From Octopus sinensis (lineage: Eukaryota), in the NCBI RefSeq assembly GCF_006345805.1, contig NC_043018.1:9052001-9116000 (forward strand): a stretch of DNA of 64,000 nucleotides, given 5' to 3'. Below, in pieces: positions 62,763-64,000 of this stretch. Both the position numbers and the translations under genes were made by a program. Below the pieces are notes generated by a model that was given only the letters and a program-made list of their open reading frames with translations, made no database searches and was not told where the DNA came from. Every line of letters starts with the position of its first letter. Position 1 is the first letter of the stretch.

Positions 62763-62966
62763 TATTAAATTTATATCTATATTTAATAGTGTTCACTTCC
62801 GGACTCTTTCACTCTGTGAGAGCCTCAGTTCAAATCGCAGGTGTCTTGAATGGACTGGGGAATTTCTATTTTAGATGTATTTGGGGTACTTAATTGTGCT
62901 CATGACTTAGTGTCTTGCTTCTTCCATGGGTATGAGTAAGTATCTCATTTATTTCTTTGCCACATT

Positions 62967-63019
62967 TATCACTGACGAAGAGGGGGTTCTTATGAACTAA
63001 CCCTGATATCGGTCCGATA
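62967..63019 (+). ncRNA. Decayed hammerhead motif
   Basis: TATCA-CTGACGA-...GGGTT..AACCC..-GATAT-CG-GTC-CGATA; GATATCGGTC looks like an eroded GAAACCGGTC. Confidence 0.3.
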
Positions 63020-64000
63020 TGGTAATAATGGAATTTTTTAGAAATGTCTGTCGACCTTTTTTCGAGTAGCGTGCGTATTGTAAAAAATTATATGGTTATG
63101 GACAATGTGTCTAGCTTCGGCATATTTGGCATTAAAAATTTTTTCGTTTGCCCTTATTTATAAGTTATATATATATGTATATATGATGGTACATATATAT
63201 GTATGTATATAGATACATACATCAATGTATATTTCCACAGATGCCACAAAAGCAAATAGACACAATCATTTTTGAAAGTGGTTCTGTAGTAAGATGCTTG
63301 CTTCCCAACCACATGGTTCCAAGTTCAGTCTCACTGCACGGCACTTTGGCCAAGTGTCTTCTTCTATAGCATAGATGGAAACTGAAAGAATCCCATCATA
63401 TATGTGTGTGTGTGTGTGTGTGTATTTATGTGTGTGTCTCTGTGTCTGTATTTGTCCCCACTCCATCGCTTGACAACCGATGTTGGTGTGTTTGCCTCTC
63501 TGTAACTTAGCAGTTTGGCAAAAGAGACCAATAGAATAAGTACCAGGCATACAAAGAATAAGCTCTGGGCTCAATTTCTTCAGTTAAAAGGCAGTTAAAT
63601 GCCTGAAAGAAGTAAAAGAATAAGAGAGTAAAAGAACATGTCTATCACCATCATTTTATAGCCATTTTGCAAAGAAGCAGGAGTTCCTAGAGGGGCCATC
63701 ACAATCCAAGACATTTCTTATTGCCAACCAACCTATGTCATTTGGCTTGATCTCTATGGCTTTTCTGAGTGTACTGGGTGTCTTTATTGTGGCACCTGGA
63801 CAAGAGGTGCTGCCTTGTTCACCCATCACTTTAGAGGGTGTGCAAAGGGTGATCGCTCCAGCTAAAGGAGATAGGGTGCTTTGAACATGGGGGTGTGGAG
63901 GGCTCTTCTCTGTGATGCCAGCACAAGGGCGGAGGGTGCTTTCTACATGGTATATGTAGAGAGTATTCAGTTACTTAAGATGAGTATTTTAACTCAGGTG

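Overview
AT-rich, repeat-dense animal genomic DNA. The tRNA-derived SINE families, RTE/CR1 LINE relics, mariner/maT elements and kb-scale (TA)n/(TACA)n arrays point to an Octopus-type cephalopod (inference). Three protein-coding loci are supportable, all on the minus strand: (1) the first coding exon of a mitochondrial-targeted protein resembling the N-terminus of SerRS-like SLIMP/SARS2 (1329-1655); (2) a single-ORF SOCS2/CISH-type suppressor of cytokine signalling (43571-44437) with STAT (GAS) motifs around it; (3) the terminal coding exon of the Nudix Ap4A hydrolase NUDT2 (54911-55227). Nearly all other ORFs in the track are microsatellite or transposon artefacts. The main unexplained signal is a set of minimal type-I hammerhead ribozyme motifs from about five sequence families, carried by short Penelope-like or retrozyme-like fold-back repeats. 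These include an intact copy sense to SOCS about 1.2 kb past its stop, a tRNA-promoter-headed family arranged as a 400-bp hairpin, and a family with a non-canonical CCGANGA core in both copies. Repeat boundaries are approximate and were read by eye; no database search or folding program was run.
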